Notes under the pieces: generated by a model
Told to the model about the DNA's origin: nothing
Seen by the model: the letters and a program-made list of their open reading frames with translations, nothing else
The model's database searches: none
Program-made: the position numbers and the translations under genes
From: a virus
Reading direction: 5' to 3' (one strand)
DNA: 64,000 nt
Virus record (IMG/VR): IMGVR_UViG_3300035670_000024
Shown: piece after piece, positions 31,335 through 40,679 of the stretch
Numbering within the stretch: the first letter of the stretch is position 1
Layout of the letters: every line of letters starts with the position of its first letter

Positions 31335-32459
31335 ATGTCAAATTATTTCAGAAGAGTTCCAAATTTTGAATACATTTCCAGGAATCCAAATGAAAAAAAT
31401 ATTTCTGATTATGTTCCTGTAAAAAATCTTTTTAAAAGAGGAAAGTTAAGAGAAGATATTTTTGGTAATTTAGCATTCTTTGAAAAATACTCAATTATTG
31501 GTGATGAAAGACCAGATAATGTTGCATTCAAAGTTTATGGAGATGAAAGTTTAGATTGGGTTGTTCTCATTTCAAATAATATTCTCAATATCTACAGTGA
31601 ATGGCCTATGACTCAAAGAACCTTTGAAAAAGTCATGTTAGAAAAATATGGTTCTTATGAGAATTTTTATGCAGGTATTCACCATTATGAAACTGAAGAA
31701 ATTAAAAATTCATCTGGGGTCATTGTTTTAAAAGAAGGATTGGAAATTAATCCAACCTGGGAAACAAATGGAAATTTTATTAAATCAATAAACTCCAAAA
31801 TTACAAGTATAACTGTTACCGGAAAAACTGTAAGAGTTGGTATAAAAGATAATATTCCTGGAATGTTTGTCAATAGTCAAGTAGTTATTGATGGAATATC
31901 TGTAAGAGACTATAATGGAAAATTCTTAGTAACCTCAGTGTTTGATAAAGAATTTACTTATGAACTTACATCAGAACCAAGAAATTCAAATCCAACACTA
32001 ATAGATCCTAAAGTTTTACTTATAATAAATGATGACCCATCTAAATTAATTGGAGTTATATCAGATCCATCAGATCAACTGTTACAAGATGAATTTCCCA
32101 ATGCAATATCCGGAGATATAATAACTGATTCAGAAACTGGAGAAATATGGATTTATAATGGATACAGTTGGGTAGAAGAATCTACGATTAAAAGTTTATA
32201 TGCATATTATTATGAATACTATGATTCTGATTTAGGACAATTAGTGCAAGTTCCTTCAATAAACTTTATTAGAGAAGTAACAAACTTTGAATATGAAAAT
32301 CAAATTGAAGAAGAAAAGAGAAATATTTTTATTCTTAAACCAAGATATTTAAATATAGTCTTTGATGATATAGAAGATATCATGACATACAAAACAGGTG
32401 GGGATCAGTATGTGAACCCCACCTTAAAGAGAGCAGATAATATTAGATTATATTACTGA
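31335..32459 (+). CDS. gp53: Baseplate wedge gp53
   Basis: YFRRVPNFEY, DERPDNVA..YGD..LDWVVL..NNI, IHHYET, TNFEYE..EEEKRNI. Confidence 0.85.
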   Translation: MSNYFRRVPNFEYISRNPNEKNISDYVPVKNLFKRGKLREDIFGNLAFFEKYSIIGDERPDNVAFKVYGDESLDWVVLISNNILNIYSEWPMTQRTFEKVMLEKYGSYENFYAGIHHYETEEIKNSSGVIVLKEGLEINPTWETNGNFIKSINSKITSITVTGKTVRVGIKDNIPGMFVNSQVVIDGISVRDYNGKFLVTSVFDKEFTYELTSEPRNSNPTLIDPKVLLIINDDPSKLIGVISDPSDQLLQDEFPNAISGDIITDSETGEIWIYNGYSWVEESTIKSLYAYYYEYYDSDLGQLVQVPSINFIREVTNFEYENQIEEEKRNIFILKPRYLNIVFDDIEDIMTYKTGGDQYVNPTLKRADNIRLYY

Positions 32460-33428
32460 TCATTCACCTGCAAGTTTCTGAAAATAAGAAAGAGCATCAT
32501 CGTCTTCATCATCGCTAGATGATAGACTATTTAACTGTGCCTTAAGATCATCAGGAACTGGAGGGGCAGACTTACTCTTACGATAAGATGCTTCAAGTTC
32601 TTCCATCACATTCTCTTCAACAGTTCTCTGGGGAGAATAAGACTCATACTGATCTTCTTCGTCAGCGGTAGATGCTCTAGGAGCAACTTTACCAATACCA
32701 AGAACTGAATTTAGACGCTTCTCAAGATCATCATAAGACTTGAATTGATCTGGTGCAACGATTGCAGACAGTGAGTATTCTTTCTTCCAAATTGCTTCTA
32801 GAGCATCGTCATCATCAAGAAGTGCTTCAGGAGAATCAAACTCAGACTTATCGTAATTCCAATATCCTTCTACCTTACGAATCTTCAGGCGGAAGTTAGC
32901 ACCTTGCCAGAAATCAAAAGGATTGATGGGTGCTTCATCTTCAAATTCTGGTTGCATTGCATTCAGAATCTTATCAAAGATCTTCTTACCAAACTTAAAG
33001 AGAAATACCTTACCTTCGTTTTCAGGATTTGCAGGATCCTTGATTACATAGATGTTGGAATAATAAGATAGTTTGCGCTTACGCTGGCGAACAATATCTT
33101 TATCCCGATCATTACCTGAGTTCCAAAGTTCACTGTTGGCGGCGCATACAGGACACTTTTGACCTAGTGTAGTGAGGCAGTTGTCAATCAACCAACCACC
33201 GCTACCTTGGAAAGCATGATTATACATCTTTACCCAAGGAAGATCTTCACCTTCGGGTGCAGGGAGGAAGCGAATAACTGCAGAACCTACATCTCCTTTA
33301 CCCATGGTAGGTTTCCAGAATCGCTCATCTGCTCCTCCAGATGTACTGCTCATTTTTTCTACTTCTTTTACCAGTTTGTCGGTAAGAGAACCAAGTTTTG
33401 ATTGTTTTTTTAGAGATTCAAATGACAT
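32460..33428 (-). CDS. gp32: Single-stranded DNA-binding protein gp32
   Basis: DERFWK, AVIRFLP, CPVC, FKFGKKIFDKI, GANFRLK, NYDKSEF; acidic tail. Confidence 0.95.
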   Translation of the reverse strand: MSFESLKKQSKLGSLTDKLVKEVEKMSSTSGGADERFWKPTMGKGDVGSAVIRFLPAPEGEDLPWVKMYNHAFQGSGGWLIDNCLTTLGQKCPVCAANSELWNSGNDRDKDIVRQRKRKLSYYSNIYVIKDPANPENEGKVFLFKFGKKIFDKILNAMQPEFEDEAPINPFDFWQGANFRLKIRKVEGYWNYDKSEFDSPEALLDDDDALEAIWKKEYSLSAIVAPDQFKSYDDLEKRLNSVLGIGKVAPRASTADEEDQYESYSPQRTVEENVMEELEASYRKSKSAPPVPDDLKAQLNSLSSSDDEDDDALSYFQKLAGE

Positions 33429-33492
33429 GTTAGTTAAGTACGGATTTGGCCTTTGCGATTTAGCTTAAGGGATCATCCAGCCCATAATTATA

Positions 33493-33846
33493 TTATTCTA
33501 ATTCATCAGAAATGTCAAGTTCTTGTTTCATCATCTCAACTAACTTAGACATATTATTGAATATAACATTCATATCAACATTAGGTGGCATTCCCATAAG
33601 TTGAGCAGATTCCATGATCCTTTCTTTCATTTCAATTGCTTCAGGATCATCAGATAAACTTAAACGAGTATAAAGAATCTTTTGCTTATTTAAAAGTTTT
33701 TCAAGAAGAGAAACATGAAATTTTTTCTCTTCCATTGACATCATAGGAAAAGAAAAGACATTTCGGTAAATGTCATCCTGCAGCATAGAGATTTCTGTCA
33801 TCTCTGCACGAACTAGATCAGAGTTAAAGAAACTCACAACACACAC
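33493..33846 (-). CDS. Conserved cyanophage protein (DUF1825-like)
   Basis: FFNSDLV..Q..YTRLSLSDDPEA motif; between gp59 and gp32. Confidence 0.65.
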   Translation of the reverse strand: MCVVSFFNSDLVRAEMTEISMLQDDIYRNVFSFPMMSMEEKKFHVSLLEKLLNKQKILYTRLSLSDDPEAIEMKERIMESAQLMGMPPNVDMNVIFNNMSKLVEMMKQELDISDELE

Positions 33847-34427
33847 TCCTTTAAAATTAATTTAAATTTACTATTATCAATATGTAGGAATGGGGCATAT
33901 TTTTCAATCTTCATTGATACGAATTCCCACACAGGATCTTGAAGTTTTTTATCAAACTGCTTTTTATACCCAAGTATGTTATTCAAGATTATCATTGTTT
34001 CTAATGATAACTTACTTTGTAAGTATTCTTTTAAAATTTTAGGATGCTTATTTCCTTCAATTTTAAACATCTCATCAAAGTTTTTTGAATTTAAAATACT
34101 AACTTCTTCTTTAAAAAGATATGAAAGTGATTGTGTTTTACGCATCCAATTCTTATAATTATTCTCTCCTTCTTTGATAATCTCACCAATCCACAACGAC
34201 TGAGGATCATCGCAAGAAGCAAAATTGGACACAAAAAAATTAACTATTTCTTCATCACTTTTTTGACGAGACATTTTCTCAAAATAAAATCTATCTTTGC
34301 GCTTATAGAAAGATTGAATATTTGCCTTTACCTTTCCGTTGTAAGTAAAGTAATTATATTTTTTATTTGTAAAATGATTCTTTAGAGAAAGGTAAGTAGT
34401 ATATGCTTGATAAGGTTCCAATTTCAA
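33834..34427 (-). CDS. gp59: Helicase loader gp59
   Basis: YLSLKNHF..YNYFTYNGK..KRKDRFYFEK; synteny. Confidence 0.85.
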   Translation of the reverse strand: MKLEPYQAYTTYLSLKNHFTNKKYNYFTYNGKVKANIQSFYKRKDRFYFEKMSRQKSDEEIVNFFVSNFASCDDPQSLWIGEIIKEGENNYKNWMRKTQSLSYLFKEEVSILNSKNFDEMFKIEGNKHPKILKEYLQSKLSLETMIILNNILGYKKQFDKKLQDPVWEFVSMKIEKYAPFLHIDNSKFKLILKECVL

Positions 34428-34714
34428 AATACTAATCTTGCTTTAGAAGTTTTTTTAAGAAAGTTAAGTTCCATTGCTTCATATTTTATTTTCTCTTTCA
34501 AAGGTTTTGAAAGAAGTTTCGGAACTGATTCCAAATCAATTTTGTTCATCTCACAAAAGGCAATGACAGCATCAATATAAGAAATGCCTTCTTCCAATAC
34601 AAGTTTCTCAATTTCCTGAGCAAATCTTGATGGACAGAAAAACTTCTCTTCTAATATTTTTTCTAATTCTCCAGTTATATCGGGATTCATTAATTGAATG
34701 AGAGTAAGAGACAC
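34424..34714 (-). CDS. gp33: Late-transcription co-activator gp33
   Basis: FAQEIEK..YIDAVI..LSKPLKEKIKYEAMELNFL. Confidence 0.88.
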   Translation of the reverse strand: MSLTLIQLMNPDITGELEKILEEKFFCPSRFAQEIEKLVLEEGISYIDAVIAFCEMNKIDLESVPKLLSKPLKEKIKYEAMELNFLKKTSKARLVF

Positions 34715-34758
34715 AATAATTAAATTACCAAGATTATATGATTATAGGAGTTTAGTCC

Positions 34759-35424
34759 TCAAATGTCAAGCAATTTATCGTTTACAAATTTTCTAATATA
34801 CTGAACTACAAGTTTCATATATTTCTTTAGATCTCGTTCTTCATAAACGACACATTCACCATTTTCGCAAGTCATGATAATTACAAGTTTCTTAATTTCA
34901 ATACCAGTCATCTCATAAAGTGCCATTCCGTAAAACATGGCTTGAACAAAATATCCTTCAATCCATTCTCTGGGTTTTGGTTCTTTTGAAGTTTTATAGT
35001 CTATGACTGAAAGTTCTTGATCAAAATCTGCAATGGTATCTACAGACCCTGCAACACCCAATACTTCACTATACAGAGAAGTTTCAAGGCAGTGAATATT
35101 ATTTATACGATCAAGAGTTGACTTCGCTATTTTAAATAAATGCTCGGAGATTGGTTGAACTGTTGGAAGTTCTTGATTTAACAAATAGTTTTCAATAAGA
35201 GTATGAGTATCAGTTCCACGACTGGTTGCTCTTTTGGTGATTCTATTTGCTTCCTCTTCACCAACTTTTTCACGCCACTTAGAAAACTTTTCTTTATTAT
35301 AGTGACTAATGACAGAAGTAATTGCAACTAGTTTTTTATTTTTTCCGTTAATTGTGTAATAACGAATTCCATCTATACTTTCCCTTTTAAGTTCTGGGAG
35401 ATTCAAATCAATATGTGTGAACAT
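34759..35424 (-). CDS. PD-(D/E)XK exonuclease
   Basis: RGTDTH, AGSVD, VIDYKTS, YFVQ..FY motifs; usual neighbour of phoH. Confidence 0.8.
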   Translation of the reverse strand: MFTHIDLNLPELKRESIDGIRYYTINGKNKKLVAITSVISHYNKEKFSKWREKVGEEEANRITKRATSRGTDTHTLIENYLLNQELPTVQPISEHLFKIAKSTLDRINNIHCLETSLYSEVLGVAGSVDTIADFDQELSVIDYKTSKEPKPREWIEGYFVQAMFYGMALYEMTGIEIKKLVIIMTCENGECVVYEERDLKKYMKLVVQYIRKFVNDKLLDI

Positions 35425-36189
35425 TTATATTGTAATATTTAAGGTGTGCTTTGCAATAAGATACTCTTTAACCAATCCACTACGGCATACATCTTCAATA
35501 CCAAATTCAATAAAATCAAATGATGGCATGATTTGAAGAATTTTTATAAAATCATGAATTCCATTTCTTTCATTTTGGCGAACCAAATCACTCTGAGAAG
35601 CATCGCCACAAAACATAATCTTACAGTTTTCGCCAACACGAGTAATGATTGAATCTTGCTCATGTCCATTCATATTCTGAAATTCATCCACAATAAGAAT
35701 ACAATTATCAAAAGTCGTACCTCTTAAGAAAGAAGAAGACCAAAAACTTATGGTTCCTTGAGTTTTTAGATTGCCATAGAGCATTTCAAAGTCTTCTTCG
35801 GATGGAAGTTGGAACATATACTTTACCATATTTTTATATGGTATTTCAAAAAGAGCACTCTTGTCTTCATGTCCTCCAGGGAGAAATCCTATTTCTCTTG
35901 TTTGAACTAAAGAACGAATAATATAAATTTTTTCATATGGAGTTCTTTGATCAAGAACATCTCTTAGAGCATTATAAAGAACAATAAAGGTTTTACCTGT
36001 TCCAGCTGCACCATAGGCAACTATATTTTTTCCTTCATCATAAGATTCAAAAAGTTTTGTCTGATTATCTGTAAGAGGATCAATATTTAAAAGTAAATCT
36101 GAATTGATTGGTTTTCTGCGTTTTAGTTGTCTAGCAGTTAATCCTACTCCAATTGGATTGTCTTGTGGTGCTCTTCTTTTTCTTGCCAT
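35425..36189 (-). CDS. phoH: PhoH-family ATPase
   Basis: GAAGTGKT Walker A, IGFLPG, FLRGTTF, IVDEFQN, GDASQSDL. Confidence 0.93.
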   Translation of the reverse strand: MARKRRAPQDNPIGVGLTARQLKRRKPINSDLLLNIDPLTDNQTKLFESYDEGKNIVAYGAAGTGKTFIVLYNALRDVLDQRTPYEKIYIIRSLVQTREIGFLPGGHEDKSALFEIPYKNMVKYMFQLPSEEDFEMLYGNLKTQGTISFWSSSFLRGTTFDNCILIVDEFQNMNGHEQDSIITRVGENCKIMFCGDASQSDLVRQNERNGIHDFIKILQIMPSFDFIEFGIEDVCRSGLVKEYLIAKHTLNITI

Positions 36190-36195
36190 ATAAAA

Positions 36196-36444
36196 TTAAA
36201 TAGGTTTTACTCTTGATCCTGGTGCTTTGGATGCTTTATAAAGAATATCATTCCATCCAGGATTTTTCTTAACAAGTTTATCTTTCCACTCACCAACTTC
36301 TGCTGAGGATGGGCAAGTAGAAGGATCAGACCAATCTCTATCCCACTCAGAATTATCCTTTTTCCATTGATCCCATTCGTGAACACTCATTGTAACTTCT
36401 TTCTGTTCACCAGTGATCTTATTAATTACTGGATATGTGGCCAA
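36196..36444 (-). CDS. Conserved hypothetical protein
   Basis: TTG start with GGAGG ribosome-binding site; MATYPVINKITGEQKE...PGWNDIL. Confidence 0.7.
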   Translation of the reverse strand: MATYPVINKITGEQKEVTMSVHEWDQWKKDNSEWDRDWSDPSTCPSSAEVGEWKDKLVKKNPGWNDILYKASKAPGSRVKPI

Positions 36445-36472
36445 AATTAAACCTCCATGAAATATAAGGTAT

Positions 36473-36631
36473 TTATTCTAGAGTTATACTTGGAGCATCA
36501 TCACATTCTACACAATCAATACATTCATCCAAGTCTGGATTTCTTTTCAAAAAGTCTTGAAATTCATCCTCTGTCAAAAGAATTTTAAAGACATGACCAG
36601 TCAAATGATCTTTTATGCAATATGATTTCAT
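36473..36631 (-). CDS. Small hypothetical protein (52 aa, MKSYCIKDHLTGH...CIDCVECDDAPSITLE)
   Basis: Manually translated; fills the gap after thyX. Confidence 0.55.
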   Translation of the reverse strand: MKSYCIKDHLTGHVFKILLTEDEFQDFLKRNPDLDECIDCVECDDAPSITLE

Positions 36632-36636
36632 AAAAA

Positions 36637-37389
36637 TTATGGAGATAACCTAGCTTTATGTAGTCTCTTCTCCTCATAATACTTCCAAATATGAGGTGCC
36701 CACTTTTCAAGATGAGGAACAAATTGTTCGCAAAGTGCTTGAATTTCTAGTTGGGCATCCATCTTTGCTCGCAAATCCATAATATGGAGGACAGAACGCA
36801 GATTAAAAGAAACCACAAAGTTCTGACGAATTGCTTGTGCAAGATAATCCCTAATGTGTTCTTCACACATTCCTTTTTCGTATTTTGCTGCATAACGCTT
36901 ACAACCTTCGTAAATGAAATCTAGTTCATCCTGATAGTCGCCAAGTGTCCATTCATACTTCTTACCATAACGATTGGTATAGAAACCTGGAGGACGAACA
37001 TAGAATACATCCTCGGGGTTAAGTTCTCCACTTGCAACCTTTACGACACGCTTACCAGTATATCGTTGAGATTGAACATCAAAGGAAACACCAACACGAT
37101 GAGTTCGTGCTTGCATCGCTACATTATGGACATACCCTGAAACGGAAAATGTGATGCCTGGATGCTCTAGTGGGCCCCAATGCCCCTTCTCGTTGCTCAG
37201 GAGACGCTCTACGACCCACTCACCACACTTAGAGGGTGTTGGAATCTCTTGCTCATGGATGGGGGTTTCTGAGTAGTCGCATTTTGCTGCCTGGTAAATG
37301 ACTTGCTCCGGAACAGCATAACACTGCAGAACTTGAACCTGCAGGTTTTTATCAAATTCTAGAAGGTCTTTTGCTTTAATAGGTTTCAT
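36637..37389 (-). CDS. thyX: Flavin-dependent thymidylate synthase
   Basis: GHWGPLEH, QARTHR..SFDVQSQRY (RHRX7S-like), NLRS..H..DLR..AQLEI. Confidence 0.88.
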   Translation of the reverse strand: MKPIKAKDLLEFDKNLQVQVLQCYAVPEQVIYQAAKCDYSETPIHEQEIPTPSKCGEWVVERLLSNEKGHWGPLEHPGITFSVSGYVHNVAMQARTHRVGVSFDVQSQRYTGKRVVKVASGELNPEDVFYVRPPGFYTNRYGKKYEWTLGDYQDELDFIYEGCKRYAAKYEKGMCEEHIRDYLAQAIRQNFVVSFNLRSVLHIMDLRAKMDAQLEIQALCEQFVPHLEKWAPHIWKYYEEKRLHKARLSP

Positions 37390-37577
37390 TCAGTTTCAAT
37401 CTCCCAAGTTTCTTTTTCTTGTTTACGAAGTTTTTTAAGTTCTTTATACATATCTTTTATCTGCTGATATGCTTCTTCTGGTGAAATTTTATCTGCAATT
37501 TCAAGACCAGCAATCAGAGCACACTTATCTCCAAATCTAGCAAGTGCTCTTTCATAAGGAGTTAAATTTTCATACAT
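37386..37577 (-). CDS. Hypothetical protein
   Basis: Probable start MYENLTPYE after a GAGGAGG ribosome-binding site. Confidence 0.6.
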   Translation of the reverse strand: MYENLTPYERALARFGDKCALIAGLEIADKISPEEAYQQIKDMYKELKKLRKQEKETWEIETE

Positions 37578-37740
37578 CGTTTTCCTCCTCGGAATAATAT
37601 TCATCAACATCATCATCTATATATGGAAATGCACTTACATAGTCAGATTGAGATTCGGGAATATCTTGAACTTCTTGCTTCAAAGCATCAAGTAAAAGTT
37701 CCATATTTCGCACAATCAGTTTTACTTTTTCTCTGTCCAT
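37570..37740 (-). CDS. Hypothetical protein
   Basis: Probable start MDREKVKLIVRNMELL; TTGACA-17-TAGAAT promoter upstream. Confidence 0.6.
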   Translation of the reverse strand: MDREKVKLIVRNMELLLDALKQEVQDIPESQSDYVSAFPYIDDDVDEYYSEEENDV

Positions 37741-37771
37741 TTTGTTTTGATTGTCTCCCAACATTCTACAC

Positions 37772-37800
37772 AAAAAAAGAGGGAGTGTCAATCCTCCCTC
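37772..37800 (-). terminator. Intrinsic terminator closing the riboswitch operon
   Basis: GAGGGAG-GATTGACA-CTCCCTC then T7; the loop holds the -35 of the next promoter. Confidence 0.75.
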
Positions 37801-37940
37801 TCAACTTTAAAGATTTTCTCAAACCACTCCGTCAAGTGTATTCCATAACAGTGCCAATACTTATGACCACGATAGGTTAAAAGATAGCAGGCAGGTTTTC
37901 TGTCGTCTGGGTCTTTTTCGTGATAATAGTCCTCAATCAC
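37788..37940 (-). CDS. 50-aa peptide with DUF4278/IF17-type LTYRGxxY motif
   Basis: GTG overlaps the upstream TGA (GTGA); MIEDYYHEKDPDDRKPACYLLTYRGHKYWHCYGIHLTEWFEKIFKVERED. Confidence 0.65.
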   Translation of the reverse strand: MIEDYYHEKDPDDRKPACYLLTYRGHKYWHCYGIHLTEWFEKIFKVERED

Positions 37941-38038
37941 GCGACTTGTGGCTTTTTTGCCATATTAAGTTCGGCATTATGAAGTTTTGCTTTTCTTTTG
38001 ACCTTATTTTTTAGATATTGAACGAAAGCGATTTTCAT
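37937..38038 (-). CDS. 33-aa basic peptide directly downstream of the glutamine riboswitch
   Basis: AAGGAG ribosome-binding site; MKIAFVQYLKNKVKRKAKLHNAELNMAKKPQVA. Confidence 0.7.
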   Translation of the reverse strand: MKIAFVQYLKNKVKRKAKLHNAELNMAKKPQVA

Positions 38039-38067
38039 AGGTCTGCTCCTTTACTTATGGGTATAGG

Positions 38068-38130
38068 TGCGTTCCTTCGGTTTCCCTACTTCCGTCTCTA
38101 TTTGCTATTCGCAAATAGCAGATGAACGAT
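38068..38130 (-). ncRNA. Glutamine riboswitch (glnA RNA motif)
   Basis: ATCGTTC...GACGGAAGTAGG-GAAA-CCGAAGGAACGC; P1 CGTTC/GAACG; P2 CTATTTGC/GCAAATAG; P3 with an AGTA/GAA E-loop. Confidence 0.85.
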
Positions 38131-38136
38131 AAGAGT

Positions 38137-38188
38137 ACCATAACACTCTTATTCTAGTTAGTCAAGTATTTTTGTAACATTTGTTACA
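38137..38188 (-). promoter_or_regulatory. NtcA box plus sigma70-type promoter
   Basis: TGTA-ACAAATGT-TACA (GTA-N8-TAC, 38173-38188) 8 nt upstream of TTGACT-17nt-TATGGT. Confidence 0.65.
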
Positions 38189-38189
38189 A

Positions 38190-38516
38190 TTATCTTTCAA
38201 TGTAACTCATAGTATGACTCTGAGCATATAATTGCTCAATAATGATGTCACACCCAATCTTTGGATTGCAATCTCCACAGGTATAAACATCACATGCAGC
38301 TTTGCCTTCTTCCGGCCAAGTATGAATACTAATATGACTTTCTGAGAGTAAGCACAATACCGTGACTCCTTGTGGATCAAACTTCTTGTAAATTGTTTGA
38401 CACACTGTTGCCCCACTAGCAGATGCAGCGTTTTCTAGTAGGTCAATAAGAAAATGCTCATCGTTCAAAAGAACGAATGAGCATCCATAGAGATTTAATA
38501 AAAAGTGCTTACCCAT
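38190..38516 (-). CDS. speD: S-adenosylmethionine decarboxylase proenzyme
   Basis: GKH..L, FDPQGVT..LLSESHISIHTWPE..ACDVYTCG. Confidence 0.9.
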   Translation of the reverse strand: MGKHFLLNLYGCSFVLLNDEHFLIDLLENAASASGATVCQTIYKKFDPQGVTVLCLLSESHISIHTWPEEGKAACDVYTCGDCNPKIGCDIIIEQLYAQSHTMSYIER

Positions 38517-38705
38517 TTATTCAATTGGATTATCGTAGTATTCGCTTAAAAGTTCCGACACAACTTTTTCGGTTCCATCAATCTTTTTTACTTGATATAA
38601 TGGAGATTTCATATATTTTTTTATTTTCTTGTATTGTTTAAGTAGTTTATCAACTTCACTTTGATCAATTTCTACTTTAATTTTGTTGTTAAAACCTTCA
38701 CTCAT
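38517..38705 (-). CDS. Hypothetical protein
   Basis: ORF track; tightly packed with neighbours. Confidence 0.6.
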   Translation of the reverse strand: MSEGFNNKIKVEIDQSEVDKLLKQYKKIKKYMKSPLYQVKKIDGTEKVVSELLSEYYDNPIE

Positions 38706-39049
38706 TTTTTCTTTTTACCTTCAGACTTTTTAGCATTTCCCCATAGTCTGGGATTTGTTTTTCCATATCCCCAATCTATTTTTTGAACAGATCCAGGGCC
38801 AAATTTATCATAATACATATCAAATATATTCACTCTTCTACCTCTACATAAATCCATAAAGGTCTCATTATTTACACGATACACAACAATATATGCATCT
38901 GAAGGTAAAGAAGGATCTTTAATCTGTTGCAGAGTAGTTCTTTCAAATAGAAGTTCACATCCGTATTGTGATGGTACTTCTTTTTTCTCTTCTGGAGTCC
39001 ATTGTGCCATTTCTTTCTCCGCAACTTGGGTCATGAACGACCTCCCCAA
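38702..39049 (-). CDS. Conserved cyanophage hypothetical protein
   Basis: ORF track; IFDMYYD..GYGKTNPRLWG. Confidence 0.6.
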   Translation of the reverse strand: MGRSFMTQVAEKEMAQWTPEEKKEVPSQYGCELLFERTTLQQIKDPSLPSDAYIVVYRVNNETFMDLCRGRRVNIFDMYYDKFGPGSVQKIDWGYGKTNPRLWGNAKKSEGKKKK

Positions 39050-39606
39050 CGAATGTCGGGATATGCTTCTTTAACAATATCCCAACTTATTTTATATTTA
39101 TCAGTAAGTTTTTTATCTTTTACAAGACAAACAAGATCTGCTTCAAGAGGATGAAGACCTTGTAACATATTGATAAAAATAGTTTCCTTACGAATTTGAG
39201 ACAATTCGTTATTCCCACCTTTCACAAAAAGATAAAAATTCTTATATTCATTACGAAGTGAAGTATGCTGTTTGTTCATTACCTCATCGGTTCCAGCATA
39301 AGCACCACTTCTTAAATTAGTATTCTTTGATTTACTATCAATTAGATCAGTAAGATTTCCCCCTACAGATGATTGATCATTTGGATCCGCATAAGGAACT
39401 GGCCCTGGAGGAAGAATACTAACTACACTTTCATCAAAATTCCAAATTAAAAGACTCACAAGAGCATCATTACGATAATCTTTAAGTACTTCTACTTTTT
39501 TGGCATTACTTCTTTGTTTTGAAGCCAATTCCAAAATTTCATATTGAAAGGGATTTGGTTGAAGTTTTGGAATTGGTCTTTCCGTCTTTGTTTTTGTTAC
39601 AGTCAT
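39031..39606 (-). CDS. Conserved T4-like cyanophage hypothetical protein
   Basis: LIWNFD..LPPGPVPY..FVKGGN..ETIFINMLQGLHPLEA. Confidence 0.7.
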   Translation of the reverse strand: MTVTKTKTERPIPKLQPNPFQYEILELASKQRSNAKKVEVLKDYRNDALVSLLIWNFDESVVSILPPGPVPYADPNDQSSVGGNLTDLIDSKSKNTNLRSGAYAGTDEVMNKQHTSLRNEYKNFYLFVKGGNNELSQIRKETIFINMLQGLHPLEADLVCLVKDKKLTDKYKISWDIVKEAYPDIRWGGRS

Positions 39607-39653
39607 AATTATTCAATGAGTTAATTCTATTATAGTACAATTCGGATTATTTA

Positions 39654-39890
39654 TCAATCATCTTCAACTTCTTCCTCCTCATCATCAAAAAATCCTTCTT
39701 CAAATCTAACTGCTAAGACTTCATCAGGAACTAAATTTCCGTTTCCATCAAAAAATTCTGGATGTATATTACGAATTCCATATATTCGTTCAATTTGATA
39801 TTGTTTAAATATCCACCCCCCAATCAGTCCTATGAAAAGAAACATTACACAAAAAAGTGTAGTAAATGTGAGAATGATTGATAGTTCCAT
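39654..39890 (-). CDS. Small membrane protein
   Basis: N-terminal transmembrane helix; HPEFFDGNGN motif. Confidence 0.65.
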   Translation of the reverse strand: MELSIILTFTTLFCVMFLFIGLIGGWIFKQYQIERIYGIRNIHPEFFDGNGNLVPDEVLAVRFEEGFFDDEEEEVEDD

Positions 39891-39907
39891 TTATTTTCTC
39901 CAGAGAG

Positions 39908-40144
39908 TTACTTTTTTTTCATATTAAAACAAAAATCAATTTGAAAATGCATCTCCCTTTGAAAGAGAGATATCATCTTACCAAAATGAACTTGAAACGA
40001 TTTTGGTTCCGATTGATTCTCCCTCCTATCATGTCTTAACATTAACTCAAAACCTCGGTTAATTTGGAGGTCTTGAGAATTATTTAGTTTTGCTTTTTCG
40101 CCTTCCTTTTCTTTTGTCATAATTATACTTTTCAGCATCTTCAA
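39908..40144 (-). CDS. Hypothetical protein (start uncertain)
   Basis: ORF track; overlaps the upstream gene. Confidence 0.45.
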   Translation of the reverse strand: MKMLKSIIMTKEKEGEKAKLNNSQDLQINRGFELMLRHDRRENQSEPKSFQVHFGKMISLFQREMHFQIDFCFNMKKK

Positions 40145-40439
40145 TAATTGTACTCAGATAATTTCGTATTTTTCTTGCTTGAGGTTTTGAAAGATGCCCA
40201 TATGCTTCACGAAGTTGTTTGTGTTGATTATCAGCACCTCCTGCAATATATTCATCCAGATCTATTATAATTTCATTAATGTTGTTTATGATTTTACTTT
40301 GTAAAAATTGCTCTACTTCTTTTTTTATAGTCCCCTTAACTTTTAAATACTCATAAAATTTAAGCACAAATTTACCTTGAAAGGCATAGTCAATTGCCTT
40401 TTCTACATCATAATAAACTTCATTAAATGTTGTTTCCAT
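40080..40439 (-). CDS. Conserved hypothetical protein
   Basis: LREAYGHLSKPQARKIRNYL motif. Confidence 0.65.
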   Translation of the reverse strand: METTFNEVYYDVEKAIDYAFQGKFVLKFYEYLKVKGTIKKEVEQFLQSKIINNINEIIIDLDEYIAGGADNQHKQLREAYGHLSKPQARKIRNYLSTIIEDAEKYNYDKRKGRRKSKTK

Positions 40440-40679
40440 TTAAATAACATTATTTTCTTGAAGGTATTTAACTGTGTCAGTACATCCACCAAGATGCTCG
40501 GTATCATTCATCACAACTTGAGGAAAAGTAGATCCTACTCCAAATTCTGCATAGAACTCTTCACGAGTAAAATCTTCATCTAACTTATATACAATATGTT
40601 CTAAGTTTGAAAGATTAAGAACTTGTTCAATTTTAGAACAAAATGGGCATCCATGTTTTGAATAAACTGTAAATTTCAT
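40440..40679 (-). CDS. nrdC: Glutaredoxin
   Basis: CPFC active site; TFPQV; LGGCTD. Confidence 0.88.
   Translation of the reverse strand: MKFTVYSKHGCPFCSKIEQVLNLSNLEHIVYKLDEDFTREEFYAEFGVGSTFPQVVMNDTEHLGGCTDTVKYLQENNVI

Noticed and set aside
34759-35424. Cas4 or a CRISPR-associated system
   Set aside because: It is the ordinary PD-(D/E)XK exonuclease next to phoH in T4-like cyanophages; no array or other cas genes are present.
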